Source: Cercozoa sp. M6MM
Lineage: Eukaryota; Protista; Endomyxa: Ascetosporea
Length of the DNA stretch: 64,000 bases
Reading direction: 5' to 3' (one strand)
NCBI GenBank assembly: GCA_040357565.1
Contig: JBDODJ010000002.1
A program made the position numbers and the translations under genes. The notes under the pieces were generated by a model. That model saw only the letters and a list, made by a program, of their open reading frames with translations, was not told the origin of the DNA and ran no database searches. Each line of letters begins with the position of its first letter. Positions within the stretch are counted from its first letter, which is position 1. Positions 62,932 through 64,000 of this stretch are shown one piece after another.

Positions 62932-64000
62932 ATGTCCGGGGTGGTAATTCAAGACGAGCCCGTGGACGCTGTGGGAACGGCGCAGCCGCAAGAGGAGCAT
63001 GAGGACATTGTTGATGAGGAGCTTCTGGTAGGCTGGACTGTCTGGCTCGTAGAATTTTGTTCACGAAAATAATTTCGATCCAGAAGAAGCTTTTGGTGAG
63101 TTGTTTATTCCGGGAGTGTTTTCCGCAGGCCTCTCTTCACGGCGATGTGATTGAACCGCCTGCCGCCGTCAAGCAGGTACCAATGGGCCCAATGGGTGTT
63201 GTTGTTTTGGTGTGGTCAGTGCAATGCCCGCTGTCACAGGTGATGGAGACGGCGCTCAAGTTCGTGCGCAAGCACGGTCTGCAGTTCGAGCACAAGGCCG
63301 CAAACAACCCGAAACTCGCCTTCATCAATGCGGTCAGTCACCAGCCACTGTTCATCTATCAAGAGGGGTCGCTCCTTATGAGTGGTGTTCACTGTGTCGT
63401 GTGTTTCATTAACGTGTTACATTCGCGCAGGGCCACGTGTATCACCCATACTATCGCCAGCAGCGTGACACGATGCTCATGAAGGAGGGCACTGACGACG
63501 AGAAACGCCAGGTGCAGGAGGAGCGACAGCGTCTGCGCGAGTACTCTTTTATCTGCTTTGTTGTTTGTTGCTGTTTTGTTTGTTGCTGTTTTGTTTGTTG
63601 CTGTTTTATTTGTTGCTGTTTTGTTTTGTTGCTGTTTTGTTCTTGGGACGTATGCATGTTTGTGTCTCAGGGAGAAGAAACGCAAGGAGGAGGAGAAACG
63701 CCGACTCGCTGCGGAGAAGAAACGCAAAGAGGCGGCGACGCTGCAGGCGCGTCTGTTGAAGCTCTGGCGCTCGCACCGCGATCTGCCGGTATTGCTATCT
63801 TTGTGCCCTTTGTCCTCTTTGTTACCTTTACCCCCATTACCTCATATTTACCTCCCTGTACTTCCCTCTACCTGCCCTTAACTTAATCAGGACGCTGACG
63901 AGGTGCTGCAGCAGCAGGGCACAGAAGGTGCCAAGGCGTCGTCGTGCGTGCCGTGCTGCGACGCCGCCGACGACCATCCCATGGACATTGGCGGTACCTG
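62932..64000 (+). CDS. SURP/SWAP-domain splicing factor (SF3A1/Prp21-like), truncated by window end
   Basis: IEPPAAVKQ|VMETALKFVRKHGLQFEHKAANNPKLAFINA|GHVYHPYYR matches the SURP module. Confidence 0.75.
63558..63640. repeat. 15-nt tandem minisatellite (TTTGTTTGTTGCTGT-like), intronic
   Basis: About 5 near-identical units visible. Confidence 0.85.

Noticed and set aside
1-64000. tRNA, rRNA or CRISPR arrays
   Set aside because: No cloverleaf, rRNA-like sequence or repeat-spacer periodicity found by eye; a covariance-model scan was not possible.

Overview
Gene-dense, intron-rich eukaryotic DNA, most likely from a protist (organism not identifiable from this window). Genes use short GT-AG introns (mostly about 55-100 nt) and the standard code, so the ORF track fragments nearly every gene; the models below were spliced by hand and boundaries are approximate. 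Recognisable genes: Mpo1/DUF962-like membrane protein, DDX11/Chl1 helicase, ZIP11/ZupT transporter, HhH-motif protein, F-box protein, FAM184-like coiled coil, secretory JmjC oxygenase ending KDDL, MPS1/TTK, NT-C2 protein, Frizzled/Smoothened-like receptor, CPBP/Rce1-like protease, RPL26, MAPR cytochrome b5-like protein, cytosolic aconitase and a SURP splicing factor. The standout is one multi-exon minus-strand gene (about 19.5-25.0 kb) that splices in frame into TM + histidine kinase (HisKA/HATPase) + receiver + globin + RGS, a candidate gas-sensing phosphorelay linked directly to G-protein control. Also notable: a tandem pair of putatively GPI-anchored surface proteins with trimeric-autotransporter-like stalks, a PGRP/amidase-like remnant, a long hairpin in an RPL26 intron, very degenerate 5' splice sites and a non-LTR RNase H relic.
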